64,000 bases of DNA from Candidatus Poribacteria bacterium. GTDB lineage: Bacteria > Poribacteria > WGA-4E > WGA-3G. This document shows positions 7,056 to 16,400 of this stretch, in pieces. Within the stretch, counting starts at the first letter, position 1. Each line of letters starts with the position of its first letter. The DNA is taken from NCBI GenBank assembly GCA_003635185.1, contig PYJA01000138.1, positions 43,820 through 107,819 on the forward strand, in the 5' to 3' direction. Below the pieces are notes generated by a model that saw nothing but the letters and a program-made list of their open reading frames with translations, was not told the DNA's origin and made no database searches. The position numbers and the translations under genes are program-made.

Positions 7056-9620
7056 CTATTTCCGTATCAACATCTTCCGTGTAGCACTGAAATCGCCTGC
7101 GGTGAGGGTATAGAAATACACGCCGCTTGCTACAGACTCCCCAACATCATTTTTGCCATCCCAATACGCTGCACGGTTGCGGTCATGATACTTGCCGACT
7201 GCTTGATGTCCGAATGCAAGTGTTCTCACTAACTTCCCATCCGCAGCGTAGATGTGCAATGTTACATCTGCAGGTTTTGCTAATTGATACGGTATCCACG
7301 TCTCGGGATTGAAAGGGTTCGGATAATTCGCAAGCAATGCAGTCTCTTTTGGCATCAAATTTTGCAAAATTTGCTCCAACACCTGAATTCCCCGTTGATA
7401 TGAAAGCAGATCCGGCTTTTGTGATAACTCTTGCTTAGCAAGTGTTAACCATTCCTGTACTTGCGCTGCAGTCAGCTGTTCTCTTGAAATCGATCGCATA
7501 GAAGGTGCTGATTCTATATTTTCCAATGCGTTTGCAACCAAATAAAGGTCCAATAAATTGACTTCACCATCATTGTTAATATCTGCAGGAGTGTTACCAG
7601 TTTCACCAAAACTTGATACTATCAACACGATATCGAGTATATTCAAAACACCGTCGTTGTTAACATCTGCAAATACTGTGAGAACTTGCTCTACACTCAG
7701 CGGGAGTGGGTATGCCCAAAGGATGACAGTTCCATCAAAACTTCCGCTTGCTATTGTAGCACCATCCGGACTGACTGCTACACTCGTGATAGAATATGTA
7801 TGCCCTTCAAAGGTATGAAGTTGTTCTCCGGTGACAGTGTCCCATAAACGTATCGTTGCGTCATGACTTCCACTAACGAGTACTTTACCGTCTGGACTAA
7901 AAACGATACTGGTAGCATTTGCAGGAAGGTCCGTCGGCACATCTCCTGTCAAATCTTCCAGTGCTTCTACCGGGACTTCGCGATCAAGCGGTCTGCGGAA
8001 TGTTTGGAGAAGTTCCGCTGTTTCAACATCCCATAAGGAAACTGTGTCGCCACCACCACTGGCAAGTTTAGTGCCATCCGGACTAAACGCCACTGCCCAA
8101 ACATCGTCCTCATGTTCACTGATAGTGTGGATAGCATCTCGTGTTTCGAGATCCCACAAGATGATCTTATCGTCACGGCTACCACTGGCAAGCATAGTGC
8201 CATCCGGACTGAATGCAAGTGCCTCAACACCTGCTTCATGCTCCCATAAACCTCCCATGTATCGTCCTGTAGATACATTCCATAAACGTATACTGTCGTC
8301 TTCGCTCCCACTTGCTAAAATACTTCCATCCGGACTGAATGCAAGACTAATCAGATAGGACCAATGTCCTCTGAGCGTCTTTATATGGTCGCCTGTAATT
8401 GCATTCCATAAACGGACGGTATTGTCTTGGCTACCACTTGCGAGGGTTCTGCCATCCGGACTAAATACGACAATATCAACATCATCTTGGTGTCCAATGA
8501 GCGTATGTCTAAGTTGCCCTGTGTCAGCGTCCCAAAGGCGGACAGTTTTGTCCCAACTTCGAGTGGCAAGGATCCTACCATCAGCACTATAAGTGACACT
8601 CGCAACAGCATCAGTATGTCCGGTAATGGTTTTGAGGTGTTTCCCTGTGATAGGATCCCATGAACGTATTGAGGCATCCCACGCCCCGCTGGTAAGCACC
8701 GAGCCATCCGGCGTGAAAGCAAGCCCAAAGACATCAGCTGTATGTTCAGTGATTGTGTGTAAAGGTTCACCTGTGGCTGCATCCCACACGCGGACGGTGT
8801 CATCTTCACCCGCACTTGCCAGAATACCCCCATCTGGACTAAATCTCATATCATAAATATGAGACGTATGTCCAAGAAGCGTCTGTTTGATTGTCCAAGT
8901 CGTTGTATCCCATAGATGGATAACCGCGTTCCAATCTCCGCTGGCAAGCGTTTTTCCATCGGGACTAACCACAACACTTGCAACGTTATCTCTATGTACT
9001 TCAAGCGTTTGCAGTGGTTCTCCTGTAGCAGCATCCCATATTCTGATAGTATCGTCTCGACTGCCACTAATGACGGTGCTGCCATCAGCACTGAAAGCAA
9101 CGCTGTTGAGACCATCCGTATGTCCACGCAGTGTCCGCAGAAGTTCTCCGGTTTGAGGATTCCACAAACGGACGGTTCTATCTCTACTGCCGCTTGCAAG
9201 TATGGTCCCATCAGCATTAAAAACAAGGCTACGGACACTCGCCCAATGCTCGTCGAGGGTGTGTAGGATTTCACCTGTTTCCGTATCATACAGACGGATG
9301 TCCCCGTTTGTACTTCCACCAGCGAGGATGCTGCCATCAGGGGAATACGTAAGTGCCGAAACAGCCCTTCCAAATCCAGTTAATAACGTAATTTCTTTAT
9401 CGGTTGTTGTGTCATAAATCCAAATACCAAGTGAACCTGCTGCGGCAAGTCGTGCGCCATCGGGTGAGTATTGAACTTCATATAGCCAGCCTTTTCCCAG
9501 ACGTTTCGTTGCGCCTGCAGGTAGATGCCATTGTGGCGAATCCTGGGCGAAAATGTTGGGTTGATAGAGGATTGAACTGATAAACAGTGTTAAGAAAATG
9601 TAAAACTGAGTTTTTTTCAT
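7056..9620 (-). CDS. Secreted WD40-repeat protein with dockerin-like repeats and a T9SS-type C-terminal sorting domain (Por_Secre_tail-like)
   Basis: Signal peptide MKKTQFYIFLTLFISSILYQPNIFAQD. Start chosen at the ATG at 9620 with AGGAGA RBS; ORF-track start 9812 is upstream of the signal peptide. About 14 WD40 units (LxGHTxxVxSVxFSPDGxxLASGSxDxTIRLWD). Dockerin-like DVNNDGVLNILDIVLIVSSFG / DINNDGEVNLLDLYLVANA. C-terminal NYPNPFNPETWIPYQL...GVYFYTL. Confidence 0.8.
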   Translation of the reverse strand: MKKTQFYIFLTLFISSILYQPNIFAQDSPQWHLPAGATKRLGKGWLYEVQYSPDGARLAAAGSLGIWIYDTTTDKEITLLTGFGRAVSALTYSPDGSILAGGSTNGDIRLYDTETGEILHTLDEHWASVRSLVFNADGTILASGSRDRTVRLWNPQTGELLRTLRGHTDGLNSVAFSADGSTVISGSRDDTIRIWDAATGEPLQTLEVHRDNVASVVVSPDGKTLASGDWNAVIHLWDTTTWTIKQTLLGHTSHIYDMRFSPDGGILASAGEDDTVRVWDAATGEPLHTITEHTADVFGLAFTPDGSVLTSGAWDASIRSWDPITGKHLKTITGHTDAVASVTYSADGRILATRSWDKTVRLWDADTGQLRHTLIGHQDDVDIVVFSPDGRTLASGSQDNTVRLWNAITGDHIKTLRGHWSYLISLAFSPDGSILASGSEDDSIRLWNVSTGRYMGGLWEHEAGVEALAFSPDGTMLASGSRDDKIILWDLETRDAIHTISEHEDDVWAVAFSPDGTKLASGGGDTVSLWDVETAELLQTFRRPLDREVPVEALEDLTGDVPTDLPANATSIVFSPDGKVLVSGSHDATIRLWDTVTGEQLHTFEGHTYSITSVAVSPDGATIASGSFDGTVILWAYPLPLSVEQVLTVFADVNNDGVLNILDIVLIVSSFGETGNTPADINNDGEVNLLDLYLVANALENIESAPSMRSISREQLTAAQVQEWLTLAKQELSQKPDLLSYQRGIQVLEQILQNLMPKETALLANYPNPFNPETWIPYQLAKPADVTLHIYAADGKLVRTLAFGHQAVGKYHDRNRAAYWDGKNDVGESVASGVYFYTLTAGDFSATRKMLIRK

Positions 9621-9820
9621 AATGAAAATTCTCCTTTCTTGATAAGTGCGATTTGAAGCGAAACCTTTCCGGTAAATATCGGAACAGATCACTGAGTTCC
9701 GCTTTGGCAAGTTTGTACTCTTGCCTTTTAGACAATAGTGTTGATAAATTATACATATTCTGATATAATTTTTCCAGAAAAAAGTAAACCTAATAATAGT
9801 TTTAAAAGCCAAAATGAGGT

Positions 9821-10693
9821 ATGAGCAACATGTCTACACATCATCTCTATTATGGGGATAACCTTGTAATACTTCGGGAACATATTGATGACGAAAGCAT
9901 CAATATGATTTACATTGATCCACCGTTTAATACTGGAAAACTACAGCAACGCACTGAAATACAGGTTGAACGGGACGATCAAGGTGACCGGGTAGGGTTT
10001 CAAGGCAAGACATACCGGACAATCACAGGTAAAAGTACACACTATTCTGATAAGTTTGAGAATTCTGATAGTTATCTGCAATTTCTGCGGCCCCGCTTTG
10101 AAGAAGCGTACCGCGTTCTTGATCCTCACGGTAGTTTTTTCTTTCATATTGATTACCGAGAAGTGCATTACTGTAAAGTAATACTTGATGAGATTTTTGG
10201 ACGAGAATCATTTATGAACGAGATTATCTGGGCTTACGATTTTGGTGGAAGGTCCAAATCTCGATGGTCCGCCAAGCACGATAACATCTTGTGGTACGCT
10301 AAAACACCGAAACATTATACTTTCAATTTTGATGAGATGGATAGGATTCCGTATATGGCACCGGGATTGGTGGGTAAAGAGAAGGCAGCGCGAGGTAAAA
10401 CACCAACAGATGTGTGGTGGCATACAATTGTTAGCACCAATGGGCAAGAAAAAACGGGTTATCCGACACAAAAACCGCTTGGAATTCTTAATCGTATCGT
10501 CAAGGTACACTCATCCCCTGGTGATACACTTTTAGATTTTTTTGCCGGTAGTGGGACGCTTGGAGAAGCTGCTGCGCTGCACAACCGCGCCTCAATTTTG
10601 ATTGATAATAACATCCCCGCTATCAGAAGCATCATGACCAGGTTAGCAATGTTCAGCATTGAACTTGTCAACGCTAATTACGAAACATTGTAG
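9821..10693 (+). CDS. Site-specific DNA methyltransferase, beta-class N6-adenine/N4-cytosine (DPPF...TQKP...FxGSGT order)
   Basis: Motif IV IYIDPPFNTG precedes motif I GYPTQKPLGILNRIV...LDFFAGSGTLGEAA. GAGG RBS 8 nt upstream of the ATG at 9821. No restriction endonuclease neighbour. Confidence 0.8.
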   Translation: MSNMSTHHLYYGDNLVILREHIDDESINMIYIDPPFNTGKLQQRTEIQVERDDQGDRVGFQGKTYRTITGKSTHYSDKFENSDSYLQFLRPRFEEAYRVLDPHGSFFFHIDYREVHYCKVILDEIFGRESFMNEIIWAYDFGGRSKSRWSAKHDNILWYAKTPKHYTFNFDEMDRIPYMAPGLVGKEKAARGKTPTDVWWHTIVSTNGQEKTGYPTQKPLGILNRIVKVHSSPGDTLLDFFAGSGTLGEAAALHNRASILIDNNIPAIRSIMTRLAMFSIELVNANYETL

Positions 10694-10839
10694 AGACATA
10701 GTTTATACGAACAATAAAAAAATGTTTCTATCCTTAGCAAGTTTAAATGTCTCTTTTAAAATAAATGGTACATCCAAGGTAAATAGTCAATAGAAGTATT
10801 ATCAGTAAATTCAATAGAATGGGCATCGGAGGTATCAAA

Positions 10840-11511
10840 ATGGAAAAACTAAAGCAAATTTCAGAGCAGATCAAAGAAAACATTGACCAATTTATAGAAG
10901 CAGCAGAAAACAACAAATCTCCTCTTGAAAAAACTATCAATGATATGAAAAAACGGATAGTGGAGGCGAAAGAACTTGTGGCTACAGCGATTGCGGAGTT
11001 GCAAAGACTCAAACGCACTCATCAGGAAACTGTTAATACGGCAGGGATATGGGATAAAAAAGTAGACGCTGCGTTGCACAACAGTAATAAAAAACGCGCA
11101 ACTGAAGCTCGTCAGTGTGAACAACAGTACCAGCAACGCGCAAATGATTTAGAACAGCAAATTCATGTCCAAGAAGCAGTTGTAGCAGACCTTAAAACGG
11201 CTCTCATCGAATTTCATCAACAATTCCGAAACACAGTGAAACGTGCGGAAACGCTGTCTCAACGCCAAAAACAGGCGGAAACGCTCGCAGAATTCTATAA
11301 ATTATTGGCAGAATTTGATCTGCCTGACGAGAATATCGCATTTCAACAAGCTGAACAGGAGTTGAAAGAAACAGAAGCTAAAGCGAAAATGTGGAAAGAA
11401 CGAAACCGCCGCACTCAAGTTAAAACAGAAACACCCACAGAGGAATCTGAGTTGGACGCAGCTCTGGCAGCACTCAAAGAAGATGTCCTTGGCAGTAGTC
11501 AAAATGATTGA
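10840..11511 (+). CDS. PspA/IM30-family (phage-shock protein A-like) coiled-coil protein
   Basis: All coiled-coil, about 224 aa. N-terminal region aligns by eye to the PspA N-terminus (IxxNIxxxIExAEN..EKxIxDMxxxIVEAKExVAxAIAEL; W in the AGIWDKKVDAAL block). GGAGG RBS before the ATG at 10840. Confidence 0.5.
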   Translation: MEKLKQISEQIKENIDQFIEAAENNKSPLEKTINDMKKRIVEAKELVATAIAELQRLKRTHQETVNTAGIWDKKVDAALHNSNKKRATEARQCEQQYQQRANDLEQQIHVQEAVVADLKTALIEFHQQFRNTVKRAETLSQRQKQAETLAEFYKLLAEFDLPDENIAFQQAEQELKETEAKAKMWKERNRRTQVKTETPTEESELDAALAALKEDVLGSSQND

Positions 11512-12262
11512 AACCTCAAATCTGACGAAATATTTCGGTAAATTGTGTGCTGTAGATTCGCTCATGCTGTATGTAGACTCTGGGGAAATATTCGGTTTTC
11601 TCGGTCCTAATGGCGCAGGTAAGACAACCACAATCAATATGCTCACGGGGTTGCTTCGTCCTACATCTGGCACAGCAACACTCGGCGGGTACGACATACA
11701 AAAGCAGAGTTTACAAGCGAAAGCGATACTCGGTCTTATGCCAGATACACCACAACTTTATGAAGCATTAAGCGGTAGGCAGTTTGTACGGATGATAGCC
11801 GATTTATATGAAGTGCCGCCACAACAAGCTGAAAATGAGATGGGAGTGCTGCTTGAACAACTTGAACTTGCTGATGCTGCTGATGACCAGATTAAAGGAT
11901 ATTCTTATGGCATGCAGAAGAAAATTCTGCTCATCTCTGTCCTTATACATCACCCAAAAATCCTTTTTCTTGATGAACCTACGAGTGGATTGGATCCGAG
12001 AAGTGCGCGCACTGTCAGGGAAATTTTGCGCGAACGATGTGAGCAGGGATGTACAGTTTTTATGACAACACACATCCTTGAAATTGCGGAACGTATTTGC
12101 GACAGAGTCGGCATTATCAGTAAGGGGTGCCTTATTGCTGTGGGGACTTTGTCCGAATTACAGGAAAAGAAACGAGAATTACGCACACAACCCACAGATA
12201 TTGACCCACATCGTGCAGAAACGTTGGAGGATATTTTTCTTGACCTTACCGCAGATGCTTAA
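11483..12262 (+). CDS. ABC transporter ATP-binding protein (ABC-2 type)
   Basis: Walker A GPNGAGKTT, ABC signature YSYGMQKK, Walker B ILFLDEPTSGLD. The alternative start ATG 11504 overlaps the PspA stop (ATGATTGA). Confidence 0.85.
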   Translation: MSLAVVKMIETSNLTKYFGKLCAVDSLMLYVDSGEIFGFLGPNGAGKTTTINMLTGLLRPTSGTATLGGYDIQKQSLQAKAILGLMPDTPQLYEALSGRQFVRMIADLYEVPPQQAENEMGVLLEQLELADAADDQIKGYSYGMQKKILLISVLIHHPKILFLDEPTSGLDPRSARTVREILRERCEQGCTVFMTTHILEIAERICDRVGIISKGCLIAVGTLSELQEKKRELRTQPTDIDPHRAETLEDIFLDLTADA

Positions 12263-12333
12263 GGGTTAAGGTTGAAGAGACACATAATTTTATACATAGG
12301 TTACAAACTGTAGATATATTGTGTTAGAGACCG

Positions 12334-13971
12334 ATGCTAAAAAACATAAAAATTTTGCTAAAAGCAGATTGCCTTGGATGGTTGAACAGTTTAAAACACG
12401 ACAAACAAGCATGGCGTAAAAACGTTTTAAAAGGTATTGGATACCTCATTTTTATCGTTGCCTTGTCTGTCCTGGGTTATTCCCTTTTCATGCACTTGCG
12501 GTCTACTGATGCCCCTCCGCCGCTACTTTTAAGCGTGATTAACGGCTTCATGGTGTTCGGAATTATTGTGGTTGCGAAAGAATTAATGGAGAGTTCGTTG
12601 AAAATCTTGTATGAAGCCCCAGACAGTGCTTTGTTACACGCTGCGCCAATTAAACCGGTAGCAATCTTTGGATATAAATTTATTCATATTATTGCGACCC
12701 GATTTTTGAGCATGCTCTGTTTTTTGGGACCACCGTGGGTAGCTTTCGGTATCATATTTGAATTGCCGTGGTATTTTTATATAGTGCTGTTTCCTGTGTC
12801 CGTGTGTCTGCTTGTCCTTATTGCGAGTTATGTCGCCATCAGCGTGATGGTGATTGTCCGGTTCTTTTCATCTACGGGTTTGCTTGCCACACTAAAGGTT
12901 ATTGGAACAGCGATAGGTGTGGCAGTAGGTTTTCTGCTATCATTTTCGCTTTTTGCTGGGGCTGATGCAGTACCGATAAAACGTTTTATTCTCGATTGGG
13001 CTTCTACCAAAACAGGTAGTACAGCGGCAACGTGGTATCCCCATGAATGGATCGGAAAATTCCTATTAAGTTGGACAACCGAAGTTACGTTATGGATTAA
13101 GCTGCGATGGGTATTCGGAGGGTTAGGAATAAGCCTTGTTTCAATCGGATTAGCAGTGCTCACAGCACAAGGAATATACCAACACGGATGGGAAAAAATT
13201 CGCCAATTAAAAACGAAACGTAAACCTGCACGGAACAATAATTATCCTACTGCTTCAAACCTTAGCAGCACATTTGTTACACTCGGACGTGGTAAAGTCC
13301 AATCTCTGATGCTAAAGGATTTTCTAATCTTTATCAAGCATACTGGACGGGTGATCGCAATCGTCATGCTAACATTCTTTTTGGCAATTCATATCGGTGT
13401 ACTGTTTGCGGGAGGAAGTGGTGCTGATGAAAACGCAGCCAAAATTCTTACCTTTCAAGTCCTACTTTATAGCTTACTTATTACCTTCGGTATGAGTTGC
13501 AATGGATTGCGAGATGAAGCGAAAACATGGTGGATGTTGAAATCCGCACCTGTTACACCTAACCTTATATTCACGAGTAAATTTCTGACGACTTTATTGT
13601 GTGCGTTGATATATGCGGAATTTTGGTCATTAACTGCTGTGATTCTACTCGGAATTCCGACACACAATTGGGTGCCAGTGCTACTCACACCGATCATAAC
13701 GCTGCCAGTTGCATGTGCATTGAATACGATGATCGGTACATTGCCGTGGATGGCAGAACTGACGCATCAACCGAAACCGATTTTAAGAGTCTTAACCTTC
13801 ACTGTGACACTTTTTATTGATATGATATGTGTCATCGCCCCGATAATTGCATGGTGGACAAAGAATATTGCGGTTTTTTTCGTCCTAATCATTCTACTTG
13901 CGGGCGTTTTTGCGATGTCTTATAGGTCCGGAATAGGTAACCTTCGCAAACTGTTGGTTGCACAAGTATAA
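12334..13971 (+). CDS. Polytopic membrane protein, putative permease partner of the upstream ABC ATPase
   Basis: 545 aa with at least 10 predicted TM helices and no soluble domains. Operon position immediately after the ATPase. Confidence 0.45.
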   Translation: MLKNIKILLKADCLGWLNSLKHDKQAWRKNVLKGIGYLIFIVALSVLGYSLFMHLRSTDAPPPLLLSVINGFMVFGIIVVAKELMESSLKILYEAPDSALLHAAPIKPVAIFGYKFIHIIATRFLSMLCFLGPPWVAFGIIFELPWYFYIVLFPVSVCLLVLIASYVAISVMVIVRFFSSTGLLATLKVIGTAIGVAVGFLLSFSLFAGADAVPIKRFILDWASTKTGSTAATWYPHEWIGKFLLSWTTEVTLWIKLRWVFGGLGISLVSIGLAVLTAQGIYQHGWEKIRQLKTKRKPARNNNYPTASNLSSTFVTLGRGKVQSLMLKDFLIFIKHTGRVIAIVMLTFFLAIHIGVLFAGGSGADENAAKILTFQVLLYSLLITFGMSCNGLRDEAKTWWMLKSAPVTPNLIFTSKFLTTLLCALIYAEFWSLTAVILLGIPTHNWVPVLLTPIITLPVACALNTMIGTLPWMAELTHQPKPILRVLTFTVTLFIDMICVIAPIIAWWTKNIAVFFVLIILLAGVFAMSYRSGIGNLRKLLVAQV

Positions 13972-14034
13972 ACCTTCAAAACTTGTTGTGTGGTTTACAC
14001 CTCATCAGCAAGTTTGTACATAAAAGAGAGATAT

Positions 14035-14550
14035 ATGATAATAGAATACGAGGGCATAACACCGAATATCCATTCCTCTGTCTTTGTCGCACCAGGAGCG
14101 ATGATAATTGGCGATGTAAAAATCGGTGAAGAATCGAGTGTATGGTTCAACTGTGTGCTACGGGGGGACTTAGAACCGATTCACATCGGATGCCGCACCA
14201 ATATTCAAGATGGTACAGTAATACACATGGATAAAGAGATTCCATGCCTTATCGGTGATGATGTCACCGTCGGGCACGGTGCTATTCTCCACAGCTGCGC
14301 TATTGACAACGAAGCACTGATCGGGATGGGCGCAATCCTCCTGACAGGTTGCAAAATTGGGGAACGGGCAATTGTTGCAGCAGGAACGCTTGTGCGTGAA
14401 GGTCAAGAAATTCCGCCTGGGACAGTTGCAATGGGAGTACCCGCAAAAGTTCGAAGAGAAGCTACCCAGGCAGAACTTGAACGCGTCCGAAACGGTAAAG
14501 ATGATTACGTTTTACGTGGCAGATTAATGAAAGAAAGTTTAAAAATATAG
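14035..14550 (+). CDS. Gamma-carbonic-anhydrase family / hexapeptide-repeat protein (YrdA/PaaY-like)
   Basis: Left-handed beta-helix hexapeptide pattern and conserved block PxIHxSVFVAPGAxIIGDVxIGEESSVWFNCVLRGD. Start at MIIEYEG. Confidence 0.8.
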   Translation: MIIEYEGITPNIHSSVFVAPGAMIIGDVKIGEESSVWFNCVLRGDLEPIHIGCRTNIQDGTVIHMDKEIPCLIGDDVTVGHGAILHSCAIDNEALIGMGAILLTGCKIGERAIVAAGTLVREGQEIPPGTVAMGVPAKVRREATQAELERVRNGKDDYVLRGRLMKESLKI

Positions 14551-14555
14551 TCTTT

Positions 14556-14616
14556 TGTAGCACAAACTGTCAGTTTGTGCATCCGTGGAACACAAACTGA
14601 CAGTTTGATGCTCAAA
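14556..14616. repeat. REP-like hairpin pair, family G
   Basis: GCACAAACTGTCAGTTTGTGC ... CACAAACTGACAGTTTGATGCTCAA, directly after the stop of the gamma-CA gene. Confidence 0.5.
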
Positions 14617-14625
14617 GTGCGGTTA

Positions 14626-14789
14626 GATGAAGTTTAAATAAATATTCCGGTAGGGGGCGAGGTTAGGAAACCTCGCCAGCAGCAGGGGTACATCTCTGCT
14701 GGCAAGGCGGGGAATGCCTAAATGGCATTCATACCGTTGATTTCTTCCTAACCTTGCCAAAGGACCCAATTTATTTTTTATCTTCATCA
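14626..14789. mobile_element. Composite MITE, family D (TIR GATGAAGTTTAAATAAAT / ATTTATTTTTTATCTTCATC; carries GGCGAGGTTAGGAAACCTCGCC palindrome and family-C GGGGAATGCC half)
   Basis: About 164 bp with inverted termini. Near-copy at 20283-20469. Confidence 0.5.
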
Positions 14790-14833
14790 AACCGCATCTA
14801 CCAAGATGTTGATACATTTACAAAGGAGAAGTT

Positions 14834-15874
14834 ATGGCAAAACACACATGTTTGATGATTGGTGGTAGCGGTATGGCTGGCGGTTGGATTCACAACTTCA
14901 GAAGTAATTTCAGTGACCGCGTTGAGATTATAGGTTTGGCAGATGTAAAAACAGATGTCCTTAAAAATCAGGGTGAGGCGTTAGGGCTGAGTTCTTCGCA
15001 ACTTTTCACAGATTTCAATGAAGCGTGTGCATCGGTCAAAGCAGATTTTTGTGGCGTTGCAACCCCACCAAAATTCCACAGCCCGGCAGCAGTGGCAGCG
15101 ATGGAAAACGGGATGCCTGTCATCTGCGAAAAACCGATTGCAGATACTTTAGACGCAGCAAAGGCGATGGTACGCACATCACAGAAAACGGGATTACCTT
15201 GCGCGATTATCCAAAATTATCGTTATGCAAATAATAAACAGGAATTGGTGCGTATCCGTGAGGAAGGCAGATTAGGACGACTACAACATATTGTCGGCAG
15301 ATATGCCTGTGATTACCGTCGTTATCTCTCCTGGGGTGTGGATTGGCGGCACGATATGGATTTTAGTTTGCTTTTTGAGGCATCAGTGCATCACCTTGAT
15401 ATGCTTCGATTTCTCTCCGGTGGTGATTGTGAAACCCTGGTAGGTTTCGGTTGGAACCCGGAATGGTCAAGTTTCAAGCACTTTTCAAGTGGATACTATC
15501 TGATGCGGATGGATAACGGTGTCCATACCTCTTACGAAGGAAACAGTTCCGCTGCAGGTATCATAAATTGTTGGAATGGTGAACACTACCGCGCTGAATT
15601 TGAGGAGGGAGCAGTCGAAATTGCAGGCGGCAACCAGATGACTATCCATCGTGTCGGCGGTGAAAAAGAGGTTTATGAGGCTCCCGGTATCCCTTATTAT
15701 GCACATCAACATCTGTTTGATGAGTTCCTCAATTGGCTTGAAGGTGGCAAACCCTCTGATACACGAATTGAAGACAATATCAAAAGTTTTGTTCTCGTTA
15801 TTGCTGCGATGGAGACGACAGTTGATGGTCAACCTAAACATATTGTGGATTTTCTAAGCGATTTGGATCTCTAA
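14834..15874 (+). CDS. Gfo/Idh/MocA-family NAD(P)-dependent oxidoreductase
   Basis: N-terminal Rossmann fold GGSGMAGGWIH. Paralogous to 22862-23947 and 28693-29769. Confidence 0.75.
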   Translation: MAKHTCLMIGGSGMAGGWIHNFRSNFSDRVEIIGLADVKTDVLKNQGEALGLSSSQLFTDFNEACASVKADFCGVATPPKFHSPAAVAAMENGMPVICEKPIADTLDAAKAMVRTSQKTGLPCAIIQNYRYANNKQELVRIREEGRLGRLQHIVGRYACDYRRYLSWGVDWRHDMDFSLLFEASVHHLDMLRFLSGGDCETLVGFGWNPEWSSFKHFSSGYYLMRMDNGVHTSYEGNSSAAGIINCWNGEHYRAEFEEGAVEIAGGNQMTIHRVGGEKEVYEAPGIPYYAHQHLFDEFLNWLEGGKPSDTRIEDNIKSFVLVIAAMETTVDGQPKHIVDFLSDLDL

Positions 15875-16081
15875 ATAGTGTAGATTAGATTAAACCGTAA
15901 ATGTCAATTTATTGCGCCTCTTACATTTTGTTGAGTGCTTTGTAACCCCGACAATATATTAAGCTTACAAATCCCTCTTATAAGAGAGACGCTAATTGAC
16001 ACCTATGGGGCGGAGCGAAAGCGAAACCTAACCTACACTTGAAACCTAATATTGAACTCACGGTATCACAGGTATATACTG

Positions 16082-16381
16082 ATGTACAATGAAACTCCAG
16101 AAATACCGACTGTTCTTGAGGACATCCCAGAATCTGAACAGCATGCGTTACTTGAAAAACTGGCACAATGGATTGTACGTCGAAGTCTGACTGCGCCAGC
16201 AATTCTTTTTCTTGAGACAGGCAAACCGCTAAACTTTTTGGGGTCTCAATTGTTAATTGCATTTAGTCCTTTTGTGCAGGCGTTTTTCAAAGGGGATCAA
16301 TACCATAAAATCGCGCTCATCCTCGAAAAAGATGAAAACGTTGAATTACTCATACAACTTATTGAAAAATCCGAAGGATAA
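16082..16381 (+). CDS. Hypothetical small protein (about 100 aa)
   Basis: ORF directly upstream of the E2 gene (MYNETPEIPTVLED...). No recognisable family. Start uncertain between 16052 and 16082. Confidence 0.3.
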   Translation: MYNETPEIPTVLEDIPESEQHALLEKLAQWIVRRSLTAPAILFLETGKPLNFLGSQLLIAFSPFVQAFFKGDQYHKIALILEKDENVELLIQLIEKSEG

Positions 16382-16400
16382 TACATGAAACAGGAGAAAC

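Noticed and set aside
7127-9417. Many 60-175-aa ORFs on both strands inside the WD40 gene (e.g. 8044-8358, 8381-8833, 8846-9373, 8887-9156)
   Set aside because: Shadow ORFs produced by the repetitive GC-balanced WD40 coding sequence. The 855-aa minus-strand frame has clear domain structure.
9621-9812. N-terminal extension of the WD40 ORF (MAFKTIIRF…)
   Set aside because: The signal peptide begins at the internal MKKTQF, which has an AGGAGA RBS. The extension is AT-rich promoter-like DNA.
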